64,000 nucleotides of DNA, taken from contig NC_043002.1 in assembly GCF_006345805.1 (NCBI RefSeq), forward strand, positions 119,598,001 through 119,662,000, in the 5' to 3' direction. This document shows, piece by piece, positions 63,282 through 64,000 of this stretch (the first letter of the stretch is position 1; every line of letters begins with the position of its first letter). The position numbers and the translations under genes are program-made. Origin of the DNA: Octopus sinensis (taxonomy: Eukaryota). The notes beneath the pieces are model-generated. The model did no database searches, was not told the DNA's origin, and saw only the letters and a list, made by a program, of their open reading frames with translations.

Positions 63282-64000
63282 ATGATCGGATTGCCAGCAG
63301 CGCAGAGAGAACAAGCCATCGACCGATTGCAAGCAGGGCAGCGTGTCCTGATTGTTGCAAAAGCTTACAATGGCTATGTCAACAATATCTATCGCCTGCA
63401 ACAACGATACAACAACACCAACCGCACTGCAGACAGTTCTCGCAGAGGGCGCCCCCGGGTAACCACGATCAGGTAGAACCGCTTCATCCACCTGCAACAC
63501 CTCCGTGATCACTTCAGATCAGCCGGTGTGACGGCTCGCGAGACCATTGGAACTGGAGAGCGGCCAATCAGCGATGACACGGTACGACTTCAAATGACTG
63601 CCAACAACGTGCCGTCGTCCTGCTCGAGGCCTGTCCTCACCGCTCGCCACCTTCAGTCACGACTACAGTGGGCTACACAGCACAGACCTTGGTGGCATCA
63701 ATAATGGAGTTCGAGAATCTTCTCTGACGAGAGCCGATATTGCGTTTACACCTCGGATGGCAGAGTTAGGGTGTGGAGTAGGAGGAGCGAACGCTTCAGA
63801 GACGCATGTGTCACGGAGAGAGACGCGTAGGGTGGCCAAAATATCATGGTTTGGAGTGCTATAGGCCTGAAACGGAGAAATGGGCCTCACATGTTCGAAA
63901 ATGTTTGTGCAGGCACAGGGAAGTGCATCACAGCGCAGCAAAACGGTGACCATAGCCACGTGTTCCAGCAGGACAATGCGCCCTTCTACACGTGGTAGTC
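63282..64000 (+). mobile_element. Tc1-family DD(34)E transposase pseudogene (continues beyond window)
   Basis: REQAIDRLQAG..RRGRPRVTT paired-like HTH; FSDESRY (first D), IMVWSAIG, VFQQDNAP (second D); stops and frameshifts; TATAAAA at 63227. Confidence 0.9.

Noticed and set aside
63723-63740. CTGACGAGAG as a hammerhead core
   Set aside because: It encodes the transposase SDES catalytic motif, and there is no stem II/GAAA.

Overview
Very AT-rich, repeat-saturated eukaryotic genomic DNA that looks like Octopus/coleoid cephalopod. This assignment rests on recurrent ~400-bp tRNA-derived SINE families and huge (TA)n/(TATG)n/(TCTA)n/(ATT)n tracts, not on a database search. No host gene could be named, and most ORFs in the supplied track are microsatellite artefacts. 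Recognisable content: many decayed Penelope-like retroelements (PLEs; RT and GIY-YIG remnants), RTE and CR1-group LINE fragments, Tc1/mariner remnants, non-autonomous Helitrons and three modular SINE groups. The main unexplained layer is about a dozen type I hammerhead ribozyme (HHR) motifs from several sequence families, intact or singly mutated. One family shows compensatory stem I changes and follows a PLE RT thumb directly with no C-terminal endonuclease (Naiad-like domain order). Another occurs as solo non-coding units. Other leads: a candidate two-exon 55-aa ORF or terminal exons of an unknown gene (28956-29023 + 32250-32349), a SINE flanked by a 115-bp direct repeat, a tail-to-tail SINE pair able to form an ~850-nt hairpin, and fold-back inversions at PLE ends. 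All translations and folds were done by eye, and TE boundaries are approximate.
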